From sequence record PQ287644.1: a stretch of DNA of 64,000 nt; one strand, written 5' to 3'. Position numbers and translations under genes: made by a program. Shown here piece after piece: positions 36,535 through 47,700 of the stretch. Position 1 is the stretch's first letter, and each line of letters opens with the position of its first letter. Under the pieces are notes generated by a model. The model was not told the DNA's origin and ran no database searches. It was given only the letters and a program-made list of their open reading frames with translations.

Positions 36535-38860
36535 ATGGACAATATTGAATTTAATGCTTATCTGACTGACGTGTTTCGTCTAGTCAGAACCATGGTCATC
36601 AAAATAGAAGCCATTGCCTTACGGGATAACAAAGTCCTGGAGGAAGCGGGTTATCCTGTCGGGTTGGATAAAAGGACCTGGCGGTACTACATGAACCTGA
36701 ATGGGGACTACCACCCCAATGATCAGATCATGACCATTACGTCGATTGATACCGGTGACGAAATTGTCTTCAATAAAGACAACTTGGTGACCCATTTAGC
36801 GACGGCCAGGGAGTATGCTACCGGGGGCTATTGGTTCAATCGCTTGGTTGAACGGTACCCGGGACAAGCCGAATTGATTCGCGGCATTATTGCACCGATC
36901 CCCTACGAGGAGACCATAGAAGCCGAGGACTATAAGATCCTCAAATACAATAAGGCTTTGGTGCAATGGAATGAGGACCAATTGATCCCTCAACTCCAAG
37001 CTTGGATCTACAGTGAAGTGGAACAAGTCTTCCGCCACGAATACCGGTTAACAGATGACTTGATGCTCCCTTTCGGGATTATGTTGCTGTATGCTGATCT
37101 GTTCAAAGCCATTTGTACCATTCGGCATGAAGCCATTGGGACGCGGTATGCTCACGATTTCTATATTTGGAGTCACATTGATTCCTACGGAGCGTTCTCC
37201 AAGTACAAGGAAAGTTTAGACCGGTATCAAACCATGTGGTTGTACCGCAACATTGCGTGGATTGTTAACAACCCCGGTCAGCAGTATACCTTTACGAAGT
37301 TGATGGACAACCTCCTGACCCACGCTCGTATTCCCTGGCCAAGTTCGATATGGTGGAGAATACAGCGAATCAGTTGGAAGAATTGGTTCCCAATCCCTGT
37401 ACCGTAGGCTCCAGCTTAACTTGCAGGAAGACTACGGTCGAGAAGCCACGTTTATCGATACCCAACACATGATCGATAAACAACAACCCTTGGCAAAAGA
37501 GAACCCTAATCAAGCGTCCATGTACTATCACGACGCGTTGCAGAAAGGGAAACACAGTAACCATTCTGAACTGCCCACGAAGACGTTGGAATCCAAAATG
37601 ATGGATTACACCAACCGTCACATCGATACCAAGATGTCGGTGGTCTTTAATGAATGGATTTACTTAACCGCTAAGGGGTACTTTAAAGGACGTATTCTGG
37701 TTACCGATCCTAAATCCGGTAAACAGGTCAGACTCCCGGTTGGGGATGCCTACTACGTGTGGCGGTACTTGGTTGACTTCGCTAGGGATCAGACACCGGT
37801 TAACATCTGTCCAGCGTATTACCACAACGTATTGAAAGCGGTTCCTCCCACCCTGGAAGCCTTGATTGATATTGGGGGTCCTTCGTTCATTACGCCGATT
37901 ATGGCGTATGACGTCCGTAACGTGTGGATTCCGGTGAACACCTTTATTGCACCGGAATACCTCATGGCGTATTCTGAAGAAGTCTACGCACTCATGTGGA
38001 AACACAAGAAGATGTCAAGTCAGTTCTACGACTTGAACATGCGCGCGCGGATGGAGAACACCACGAAGTTCATGTACGAGTCTGGAATCGCTACGATCAC
38101 GGACTTGACTACCTACCAACAACTCCTGAACCGGTATGAGTTCGACTTTACGGAATACACCCCGGAAGAAGCCCGTAACTTTGCCTGGGAGATCTTCAAA
38201 CGCATCACCGGCTGGGACAGCAACAATAACCCGTCCTTGAGGATTAAACAGTCAAACCTCATTGATATCATGATGCAGCTGTCGTCTTACACCATCCAAG
38301 TCATTAAGGAAATCGATGACGGTACGGACTTAACGGAGCTCCCCAGCGAGATCTTTATTGGGGATCCCCGGTGGATTGGGAAGGGGAATGGTGCCTTCGG
38401 GGATTACACCCATGTTCAGATGGATGTTCCCACCCATTTCGATGGTGTTCGTACCGTTGAAGAGGTCCACCCCCTGGTCGAACCTATGGTCCCTGAGGTG
38501 GCAGCGATTGCAGAAGGGTATGGGGAGGCGCGTAGTGATGATATCTTTGAACGGGTGGATCTCAGTACCAACCTGTTGGACTATGCAGTTCGGATAATTG
38601 ATGACTCCTATTTCAGGCTGTTACCAGCAGATCGTATGGGCCTCCCTGAAACTAATTATGGACGTCTGGTATTTAAAGAGCTGCATAAGGAAACCTCCGT
38701 AGGTCCAGCGGACTATGGTCGCCTGGTGTTTAAGGCGCTGAGTCCCCCGACGGTGATTGACCCAGCCAACTACGGTAGGCTGGTCTTAAGAGGGCCGGTT
38801 AAGGCGATCACTCCTACTCGCCGCGGAAGACTTCTATTTAAAGACGTTAATAAGGACTAA
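36535..38860 (+). CDS. Virion/baseplate protein (phiKZ gp128-like), split by frameshifts in this sequence
   Basis: ORFs 36535..37407 and 37421..38860 join into ~775 aa if one C is restored at 37333-35 and at 37395-97. Confidence 0.6.
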
Positions 38861-38874
38861 AGGAGAAGAGTCTA

Positions 38875-39273
38875 ATGACCAAAGAGTTGAGACTCATTAA
38901 GGAGTCTTTTTGTCGTCTTCACGGGTTAGATAAGGCAACGGCCTTGAACATTGAGTATCAAGGCCGTAATCCCGCCACCCTCAATGCGATGTTTATCCTT
39001 CACGGGGACGACATCCCTTGCATGCGGTATGAACACGAACGCATCAGTTTGACACCACACACCCTGAATCGTTCCCTGGACCTTGACAGCAGTCTTAAAC
39101 TCCACCGTTCTGATATTAACGCTGAGATGATCAGCGCTTGGTTTAATACCCATACGAACGAATCCCTGCTGCCCCAGGACGTGGGTAAACTCATTATTGG
39201 AGACCGCGTAACAGTGATCTGTTCCACGGATTCTATGCGCTTTAAGCACTCCTTTTCGATGGCTTTTAAATAG
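38875..39273 (+). CDS. Hypothetical virion protein
   Basis: 132 aa; RBS aaggag. Confidence 0.55.
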   Translation: MTKELRLIKESFCRLHGLDKATALNIEYQGRNPATLNAMFILHGDDIPCMRYEHERISLTPHTLNRSLDLDSSLKLHRSDINAEMISAWFNTHTNESLLPQDVGKLIIGDRVTVICSTDSMRFKHSFSMAFK

Positions 39274-39281
39274 GAATCACC

Positions 39282-40229
39282 ATGGCACTTTCTGCTAACG
39301 AACTCCAGGATCAGAATCGGTCTGAAGTTCCCGCTCAGACGACCACGAATACCTCCCTGGGTAATCTGATTGCGAAATGTATCGTCACCGGTCAACCGAT
39401 TACCATTCCCAAGTACACCACGCTCAATGAGCATTATGGTATCCTGGCTGAAGAATCCCTGGGAAGTAAGAATTCCCGAGATTTCTACTTGAAGTATTTC
39501 GGGATTGGTGTACGGGGATCCAACTGTGATGGTAAAGACAGTCGGGGTGTCAGTCGATTGAAGGTGAACCAACACCAACCGATCGACATGAACCTGTTTA
39601 CACCCGTTCCCTTTATTGCACGTCCTTTGGATGCCCCTTTGGACAACCTTAACCGCGAGAAGTTTCGTATGAGGACCGTAGAGGCTAGAAACGGTATTCC
39701 TTACGAGTTCTATTGGTTGAAGTTGATCAATTTCGATAACTATAATCCAACTGAGAACAAGATCACTCGTGATCCTGTAACCGGTCTGGAGGATGTTAAA
39801 CCTTACATTCACCGTAAAGACGACCTGGATAACCCACAACCGGCTGACTTTACCAGTGAGGGTAACATTCCTGTCAGCAATGAGTACATTAACAGTTCGG
39901 CTATTTTGGACTGTTCGTTGACTCAATCTGATTTGCGTGAGATTTCGCAAGCCTGCAAAATCTACTACGGGGATGCGGGATACGCATCCATCAATGAAGT
40001 GGGTGTTGCTTATGGGATTGATACTCAATTCCGTGGGGAGATTGCTGGAGGCGCGACTATCCAGTATACCGAAGTCATGAGTGCGGTCTTTGCACACTAC
40101 ATGACCGAACGTGATGGTCGCAATGCGCTCTCTAACATCAAGATCCAGCTTGCGTTTGACCACGGTGCAAGCGCGCCTATGCTCTTGCATACCAACTCAA
40201 CTCAACCCCCAACTGGACAAGGAAACTGA
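39282..40229 (+). CDS. Virion structural protein
   Basis: 315 aa in the baseplate operon. Confidence 0.6.
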   Translation: MALSANELQDQNRSEVPAQTTTNTSLGNLIAKCIVTGQPITIPKYTTLNEHYGILAEESLGSKNSRDFYLKYFGIGVRGSNCDGKDSRGVSRLKVNQHQPIDMNLFTPVPFIARPLDAPLDNLNREKFRMRTVEARNGIPYEFYWLKLINFDNYNPTENKITRDPVTGLEDVKPYIHRKDDLDNPQPADFTSEGNIPVSNEYINSSAILDCSLTQSDLREISQACKIYYGDAGYASINEVGVAYGIDTQFRGEIAGGATIQYTEVMSAVFAHYMTERDGRNALSNIKIQLAFDHGASAPMLLHTNSTQPPTGQGN

Positions 40230-40232
40230 CCC

Positions 40233-40865
40233 ATGGAAATCCCAGCTATACTAAAAGGAGAAGTCCACCTTCCACTGGTTGAGAATATGACAGCGGGTCA
40301 GGCAATTGAGATAGCCAATGCCTTCTATCAGACCACCCTGAAACCGGAAGACTTCAAGGAAGCCCAAGCCATCGTTGATGGTGATAAAGTCATTCTGGAC
40401 CTGCTCGACCCTGTAACGGGTGATGTTCTGGTGCATTTCGTCAACAAAGCGGGTGTTGCGCGTAAGCCGCTGGACAATACCACCCTGGTCAATCCCATGG
40501 CTGCGGTCGTGAATGCCGATGAGAACATCATCTGGGCGGGTCCACCGGAGTTTGTGGGGAGCGTCACGGAGCTGGATTGGCTGCGGTATATTACCGACGC
40601 GCCGCCGCCCATGACGCCTGATCCGATGGACTATGCCAAACGGATGGCCACTCTGTTGAATCAGTACAATATTGCAGGTGGTCGGTGGACCAATAACTGG
40701 AGTGCGGACCTCCCGCGCTCTGTAACGGCCTTCCACGTGGCATATCGTGGTGACGCCCAATGGGCTCCGTCCAAGTTCATGTTGAATGATCTTGTGTCTG
40801 AGTTCATCGTGGTGATTTACCTACCCTACGCCCACCCTGCCTGTTACGTGTGCTTTGCGTCCTAA
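40233..40865 (+). CDS. Hypothetical virion protein
   Basis: 210 aa. Confidence 0.55.
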   Translation: MEIPAILKGEVHLPLVENMTAGQAIEIANAFYQTTLKPEDFKEAQAIVDGDKVILDLLDPVTGDVLVHFVNKAGVARKPLDNTTLVNPMAAVVNADENIIWAGPPEFVGSVTELDWLRYITDAPPPMTPDPMDYAKRMATLLNQYNIAGGRWTNNWSADLPRSVTAFHVAYRGDAQWAPSKFMLNDLVSEFIVVIYLPYAHPACYVCFAS

Positions 40866-41440
40866 AGCCCTCTGATAGTGTACGGGTCTTAGCTATAGAC
40901 CCGTCCACTACCTGTATGGGGGTGAGTGTCTTCGACATCAATATTGCTAAAGCTGAACCGTTTAAGTTGATTTACGCGAACACGATCTTTGGTAATAAGT
41001 TGTTGTTTGACATTCCGGCACAATTTGATGATCGCGCGGACACTGGTATTGCGGCAAGAAGTTACGGTATGGCGCGCAGTTTAAGTCAACTGTTAGCTAT
41101 CTTCGAACCCGACAGTGGGATCTGTGAGGATAACTTCCTCGGTATGTCTCCGCTTACATTTAAGCAGTTGATTCAAGTGGTCTCCTTGTTACGTGAAACC
41201 TTCGTTACCCACGGTATTCATTTGTCGTATCTCCTCCCTCGTTTAGCTAAAGCCGTGGTGGGTGCAGATTTCAGTGGGAGTAAGAAGGAGGATGTTCATA
41301 AAGGGGTGATGGACTATCCGTGGTTAGACGCTGGTGAGATTGATTTGACGGTTCTGGATGAGCACTCCGCTGACAGTGTGGCCATTGGCCTTTATCGGTG
41401 TGAGCAGATCGCCCGGCATTACGGTGTCTCAGAGAGGTGA
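40850..41440 (+). CDS. ruvC: RuvC-like Holliday junction resolvase
   Basis: VLAIDPSTTCMG, ICEDNF, K..V.G...KKEDV and EHSADSVAIG match the RuvC catalytic pattern. Confidence 0.8.
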   Translation: MLCVLKPSDSVRVLAIDPSTTCMGVSVFDINIAKAEPFKLIYANTIFGNKLLFDIPAQFDDRADTGIAARSYGMARSLSQLLAIFEPDSGICEDNFLGMSPLTFKQLIQVVSLLRETFVTHGIHLSYLLPRLAKAVVGADFSGSKKEDVHKGVMDYPWLDAGEIDLTVLDEHSADSVAIGLYRCEQIARHYGVSER

Positions 41441-41444
41441 ACGT

Positions 41445-41816
41445 ATGTCTGAAACAACTCAAGACGATGACCCAGAGCTACCCGCCAATTCTCCTCCTGT
41501 TGAAGGAGGAGTGGAACGGGAGATCTTTGGTAAATGGAAAGTATTGTTGATTAACCTCGGTGGTATCCTTTCCGTGTTGGTGGTGTGTTTAACGGCACTG
41601 ATTAACTCGTTTACTATTTACCTGTCAGTAACCACCAATGGTAAATGGCCCAGTGAGATGAGTATGTTCATCATGATGGTAGGGCCGGTGATCTGTGCGT
41701 GGGGATGGATGAACGTTAACGGTACCTTAAAGACTATTATGTCTCAATCGGGGTTTAGTAACAAAATGAGAACCAAGGTGGCTGAGATCATTGCGCCTAA
41801 GCCCAAGACAGAATAA
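41445..41816 (+). CDS. Two-TM membrane protein, holin candidate
   Basis: RBS gaggtg and ATG at 41445. Acidic N-terminus, two hydrophobic helices, basic C-tail; next to the spanins. Confidence 0.45.
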   Translation: MSETTQDDDPELPANSPPVEGGVEREIFGKWKVLLINLGGILSVLVVCLTALINSFTIYLSVTTNGKWPSEMSMFIMMVGPVICAWGWMNVNGTLKTIMSQSGFSNKMRTKVAEIIAPKPKTE

Positions 41817-41827
41817 ACCCAATAGGA

Positions 41828-41863
41828 ATCCTACCTGTAGCCCGCAAAGGCTACAGGTAGGAT
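41828..41863. terminator. Hairpin between convergent genes (CCTACC family)
   Basis: atcctacctgtagcc-cgcaaa-ggctacaggtaggat. Confidence 0.8.
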
Positions 41864-41877
41864 TTATCACGCGTCTG

Positions 41878-42306
41878 TCATTCAGGTAGAGCTAAACTCT
41901 CAATTAACACATTGATGTTATCAATCAACTGTGAAATGGTACGCTGGCTGGCGTATAACTTCATGTTGCTGTCATCCAACGCCCGGGTCGTATTGATCAG
42001 CAGTACCCGGGTAACTCGATAACAGAGCTCTCGTGCCTCCCGAGAGGGTTTCTCCAAGCAGTCATACTCCAGCAGAAAGGTCGTTAAACTACTTAACTGA
42101 CTAGGAGGCATCTCCGCGGGTGGGTTCTTGAGTTGAGGGAGCACTTGGGTCAGCCTTTCCTGAGCTGCCAGGACTTGCTTCCGGTACGTGTTGATCCTTA
42201 CTTGCTCCGCTTGAACCTGGAGGATTGAGTTGGTCTCGGACAGTTTGGGATTGCCGCTGCACCCCACTAGGATCAGGGATACTAGACAGATTAACATCCA
42301 CCCCAT
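41878..42306 (-). CDS. o-spanin (outer-membrane lipoprotein)
   Basis: MGWMLICLVSLILVGC|SG lipobox. The start is embedded in the i-spanin gene in another frame. Confidence 0.7.
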   Translation of the reverse strand: MGWMLICLVSLILVGCSGNPKLSETNSILQVQAEQVRINTYRKQVLAAQERLTQVLPQLKNPPAEMPPSQLSSLTTFLLEYDCLEKPSREARELCYRVTRVLLINTTRALDDSNMKLYASQRTISQLIDNINVLIESLALPE

Positions 42307-42562
42307 ATTTTTCAAGTAGTTTTGCATAGCCTGAGTTGTCCTCTTCAGTTCGCTGTTCCAACTGACGGGCGAGGGTTTGAGTTAAGGCGGCTGTGGCATT
42401 GGAATTGTTTTCCATGTTGTCAGCCACCCGTTGCAACTGGTTGGTAACGCGTTGAATCCCATTAACCGCTTCTACACTGATAGTGGGGTTACGTGGCACA
42501 ATAGCCTGCCACGCGACAACCGCCAGAATCAATATCAGAATCACGTCTCTAATCCATGTCAT
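42101..42562 (-). CDS. i-spanin
   Basis: N-terminal TM VILILILAVVAWQAIV, coiled-coil periplasmic part; RBS aggagg. Overlaps the lipoprotein gene by 206 nt. Confidence 0.7.
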   Translation of the reverse strand: MTWIRDVILILILAVVAWQAIVPRNPTISVEAVNGIQRVTNQLQRVADNMENNSNATAALTQTLARQLEQRTEEDNSGYAKLLEKYGVDVNLSSIPDPSGVQRQSQTVRDQLNPPGSSGASKDQHVPEASPGSSGKADPSAPSTQEPTRGDAS

Positions 42563-42598
42563 AATGGATCCTCCTAACGGTATTGGGTTCATAACAGG

Positions 42599-43840
42599 TC
42601 AATCCTCTTGAATAACACTTCGAATGTAAAGGTGGTAACCGTTGTACAACGAACTGGGTTCGAAGCGATTGGTATACCCGTGATAAAGGTTTCCACCGTT
42701 GGTAATACCGGTGGTCTTGTTGAGGAATTTACGTTGAATGCCTAGGTCGATATCTAAAAGTCTCCTGTTGATGATTTTGCGAGTGAAGTACTTAGGAATG
42801 AGGCCGTTACTGACCATTAAGGGAATAGGACGGGTTTCATGGGTGTGGTAAGTGAAAGGGTACTGGTACGTGGTGATAGGTTCTACAGACACATACAGGT
42901 TGGGATTATCCAGTACGATGAGGAAGGTACTGGGATCGGTTAACAGAGTCTTCCAGAAGCTCTCTGTACTGAAGAACCGTTTATCCACGACTTCACGTTC
43001 TGGATCAATGATCCGACTGAGGTCGATCATCGATTTCGAAATAAAGAGGGCGGAAAACCAATCCACCTTCTCCGTACGCAGCGTTAAGGTACGGTCACTC
43101 ATTACCTGTACCACGTCATTCAGGTACAACCGACCTCCAATACTCATCCAGACTGTCTTATTCCTTAGACTGACCGGAGACCGTACGTGCAGGAAGTTGT
43201 AACTGTCGTGATCCTCAAAGTCGATATCCGTCTCTTGGAAGGTGTAGGTCTTGAGTTTAGAGAGGGTATTGAAGTTGAGGTAGTTCACATGAATGTTGTC
43301 ATTCACATTGAAGTGCTTTCCACCGTTCAACAGGTACACCGCCTGGTCATCCGCCACCGCTCGTACCAAATGCCCTCCATTGATCGTCCACAACCCCCGT
43401 TCAACCAAGGCGTTATAATCCACCGCCGTTCGATCGGTCTTGATGACCCGAATATCCGGTGCACTCGCGACGTCCAGGTGCTCCTGGCGATCATTGGCGA
43501 TCTTAGCGTCCCCAGGATACAGGGTAAACCATTTGTATTGGATGTCTTGAGCCGTTACGTAACGGTACTCATTGCCGGGGAGGGTATTGCTGGTCTTAAG
43601 GGGGACATTGATCTGGGTGTCTAACCACTGTTGGATCACCCCATCGAACAACAGGAACTGGTTATGATAGTCCGCCAGGTCAATGGTCACATCCCGGCCA
43701 TACAACCCATCTTTCACCACAATCTTTAATTCACAAAACGTAGCCACCAGTTCCTTGGTGGTCATCTCACTGATATCCACCAATTCCTCTCCTCGGGGGA
43801 AGATTTGGTTGATCCCAACCGCCCTTTTATAGATGTACAT
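42599..43840 (-). CDS. Virion structural protein
   Basis: 413 aa; RBS aggag. Confidence 0.55.
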   Translation of the reverse strand: MYIYKRAVGINQIFPRGEELVDISEMTTKELVATFCELKIVVKDGLYGRDVTIDLADYHNQFLLFDGVIQQWLDTQINVPLKTSNTLPGNEYRYVTAQDIQYKWFTLYPGDAKIANDRQEHLDVASAPDIRVIKTDRTAVDYNALVERGLWTINGGHLVRAVADDQAVYLLNGGKHFNVNDNIHVNYLNFNTLSKLKTYTFQETDIDFEDHDSYNFLHVRSPVSLRNKTVWMSIGGRLYLNDVVQVMSDRTLTLRTEKVDWFSALFISKSMIDLSRIIDPEREVVDKRFFSTESFWKTLLTDPSTFLIVLDNPNLYVSVEPITTYQYPFTYHTHETRPIPLMVSNGLIPKYFTRKIINRRLLDIDLGIQRKFLNKTTGITNGGNLYHGYTNRFEPSSLYNGYHLYIRSVIQED

Positions 43841-43955
43841 AGGGGTTCAACTCCTTAACGATTCTATGAAATCTACCCTACAGGCCCTATGGGTACTATA
43901 CTCTCTAGGGGATTAATCATAAAATGCCTTATTCATTGACTTTGGAGAAATTCTA

Positions 43956-44699
43956 ATGGCAAACATCGTCTATGGTTGGAACCCCTTCCAGGAACGCGTC
44001 GATTGCAGAGTAACGAACGAAACCATTAAAACCTCCGGTAATCTCAACCGCGTCGAGTTCGTTCCCCGTGCGGCTCCTTTCTTCGCCCACAACTTCAAAC
44101 TGTACCGTCAAGGGAGTAACCAACCACTCCTTCCGGGACAAGACTTCATCTTTGGTCATCCTTTCCAACGGTTTATTAAGACCTATCAGAAGAACGTGTA
44201 CAGTTCCGTGATTCTGCTGAAACCGGTTGAAGTGGTCCTGATGGGGGAATATGACACCATTGGTGGACCGTTCGTGTTGGATGATGTGGCGTACGCCACC
44301 CTGGTAGCCAACATCATTAACAGCCCCCGGGAAGCCCTCTGGGAGAACTTGGTCAATGTCCCGACCGAGTTCCCTTCGGATCCTCATGAACATCCGGCTG
44401 CCCAGGTCTATGATTTTGCTCAGATGATGGATTACCTGCGTGACCTGATCTTGGCGGTTACCCAAACCACCTCCGATTCCCCAACGACCTTGAAGACCCT
44501 GTTGGAACAACACCTGGCGGCTGACTTGGCGCAAGCCCACAGGGCGGATAAGGGAATGCTGGGTCTCGACAATGTAGAGAACTTGGGCAAAGCCACGGTC
44601 AATGATATCACGGGCAATTCAGATAACCTCGTCGTCACCGTAGCCGTTATGAAGGAAGCCCTCCGTCGACTGGCTGCGGGTACGCTGAACCTTAATTAA
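43956..44699 (+). CDS. Short tail-fibre-family protein (N-terminal module only)
   Basis: Shares PxxxPFF, DYxxxG, WENxxxxPxxFPxxxHxH and GLxNVEN motifs with the next genes. Confidence 0.6.
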   Translation: MANIVYGWNPFQERVDCRVTNETIKTSGNLNRVEFVPRAAPFFAHNFKLYRQGSNQPLLPGQDFIFGHPFQRFIKTYQKNVYSSVILLKPVEVVLMGEYDTIGGPFVLDDVAYATLVANIINSPREALWENLVNVPTEFPSDPHEHPAAQVYDFAQMMDYLRDLILAVTQTTSDSPTTLKTLLEQHLAADLAQAHRADKGMLGLDNVENLGKATVNDITGNSDNLVVTVAVMKEALRRLAAGTLNLN

Positions 44700-44709
44700 G
44701 GAGCCGGTT

Positions 44710-47700
44710 ATGCATTTTCCAATCGTCCGGGAATACAAAACCGATATTGTTCACAATAACCTGGAGAACCAAATTCGAGGTGAACCGTTTAAAGTCGATC
44801 CAGGGATCTGGTCCCGGATTATTGTGCCTATCCACAGTCCGTTCTTTGTCGACAGCCTGAAGGTGACGTTCCCGAACGGTCAACCCATGGACGAGTCCCA
44901 GTACCGTATTTATCGGTTGATGCCTCGGTTGACGGAACTCACCGCTCAGAAAGTTGCGTGTATGATCGAACTGCTGGACCCTACGATTACCGAAGGGAAG
45001 TTGGATTACGATGTCGTAGGGGAATTCAGCCTGTTTGATACCACTCTGCTTCACATGGTGATTGCTGCCTCTGAAGATGACCGTCCGGTCTGGTGGGAGA
45101 ACATCAAGAACAAACCCGTGGTCTTCCCACCGGAGTGGCATACTCACAGCCTACTCTACGACATCATGGCCTTTGGTGACTTTGTTGAAGTCTTGGGGAT
45201 GATCTCTGACGCGGTTGAAACGCATGGGAAACCGTACCTTCAGATTAAGATTGACCATGCGTTTGAACTGTTCAATCATTACCTGGGGATTTACAAGAAG
45301 TCACTGGCTGATTTCTTGGCTCGTCATAAAGCGAGTTATAACAGCCACGGACTGACGGCCTTGCAAGTGGGGTTGGAGAAAGTAGACAACTTCCCCACCG
45401 CTACCGCGTCCGGTGCCTTGGAAGGTAGACGTGACCGTCATCTCACGGTATCGGGACTTCAAGCCATTATTGACCACTATGGCTTTAATCCCAAGGACTT
45501 CATTGAGAACGGTAAACTTCCCATTGCTCAATTCGGTAACACGAACTTCATTCCCCCGTCTATTGATGGATCCTTTGAAGGCTTGGGGGGTAAGAGTGAA
45601 TGTGCAGCCATTACCATGGAAGCAGATGGCAGCATCGTCTTTCTGTCTAACCGAATGGATGGTCGTATTGACGGACTGTATTACTCGGTTCTGGAAGATC
45701 CCTATACCAACCCCCGGTTAGTCTATACCAGTTACCGCTATTCCCACCCTCTGCTCTTAGCGGAGAATGCGGAATGTGATCGGATTGTCCAAGGGAGTGG
45801 ACGTGAAGTCATTATGCTGGGGAATATTCGTAAGAACTTGTTTTACATTGGATTGACCAATGGTACTCTGGATCCCACTAAACACATTCTCACACCCATT
45901 AACCTGGATGCGCTAAAGGCTCCCTGGAATGGCAATCCGAACTTCTCCTGGAATACTTGGTTCAGAAGTTTGAGCGTGGCGTATCTGGGGAACTGGATCT
46001 ACATCTTCCACGCCCACAACTTGGAGAATGGAGAACAAGCTGATGGTGTGACAGATTACCGGTATCGGTACCTGTACCGAGTTAGAACCAGTGATGTCAA
46101 CGCTCAGATCCCGGTAACCGCTACGTTGGTGCGCCCCACCTTTAAAGACGGTGACGGTGTTCAATGGAATAACGCACCGTTCTTCCGGTGGTGTACCCCT
46201 CAGGGGTATCGGCAGGTGAATAACAATTATACCTGGGAACGGTATTACTTTACCTTTAAACAAAGCAGTAACCTCGCCTTTACGGGGATTTACCGTTCTC
46301 AGCCAACGGTGGCGTGCCCTATTCCGAACAAGCCGGGTAAATACCTGGTACGCTTTATGGCGGCCTGGTGGGCGCGGTACGTGGTCCCTGGGGTAATAGG
46401 TACCTGGGATCTCCCGCTAGAGATGGTGTATGAGATGGACCCTGAAACCGGCGTGATGACCCTCCTCCATCAAACACCTCGAAGGGAAATCGATTTCCTG
46501 AACATTCCGTCCTCTGGCGACCCAAAAAACCGCCGCCTTAACCAATTGGTGTTCAACGATTCGGAACAAGGCATGGAAGTGCTGGATGATGGTACGATTG
46601 TGGCTTCCTATGGTGCCTATCAGTCGTTCCCCCGGTCAGCCTTCTACGTAGTACCCAGGTCGTTCAAGTCCCGGTATGATGTCATGAACCGGACGTGGAT
46701 GACAGACTTAGGGGATATTGAAAGCCAACAACTCATTGCGGAGAAAATTACCAGCCCGATTGCTTCCTCGATCAAACCACGTTCCTTCTTGTTGGGTAAT
46801 GGAGGGGATGTGTATACCGCGGGGACCAATACCCTACCGAGTGTTATCACCAACCAACTGTGGTACCGGCAGTCCCCTGGGAAGTTAGCGGAGCGTCCTG
46901 AGGTCTCTAACCTCTTCTTCAACAAGGTTGTTTCTCGTCCTCTGAGTAACGCGGTCTTCCGGGTGGAGGGACCTCCTCAGGTGGGTGGAGCCTATGTGAC
47001 GGTCCCTTCTAACCTGTTGGATCAGTACAACACGGACTTGGGGGAATTCACCTTCTGCATGGGAACACAGAAAGTGAACCTCGACCTGTCGGTAGCGGAA
47101 GGGGAATGGCCCGCTGGTAATCTTCCTCAAGACATCAAAGTTATGTCAGGGCATACCCAGCAGATCAATCCGGATGGTTCGATGACCATGGTACCTACTG
47201 GGACTATTCTCTACCCATCGTCCATTACGGCTCGGTTTGTAAACCATGTCGCCAATCCGACTGCCTGTAGAAACTCCCCCGCGATGTTTATCGGGCTGTG
47301 TGATCCCACTGGTTTCCTGACCGATAAGTTCGGTTGGTTACCGGTGATAATGATCATCAACTACGGAGAACCTGGCACCACGTCTCGTCACTGGACAATC
47401 TTGGTCATCGACCCGGTCTATACCGGACCCGCCAATGCCCGAGTGGTCAGTGATTATACTGTGCTGGATGTGGTACACAATGTCCATCTACAGGGCGCTA
47501 CTGGGTTGACACCTGCGAGTTGGGATGCTTTCCTGGGTGGGGGAGCTAACACATCGGGTGGGGGTGCGATGAGGGTGGGGTATTACCTCAAGAGCGCCAC
47601 CGAGTTGGAAGGCTTTATTGACAGTGGGGTCATTGCAGCAGGTCCAGGAGACTCACTCACCTCGTTTGGGACATTCCGGTATACGAACCGTAGTACGAAA

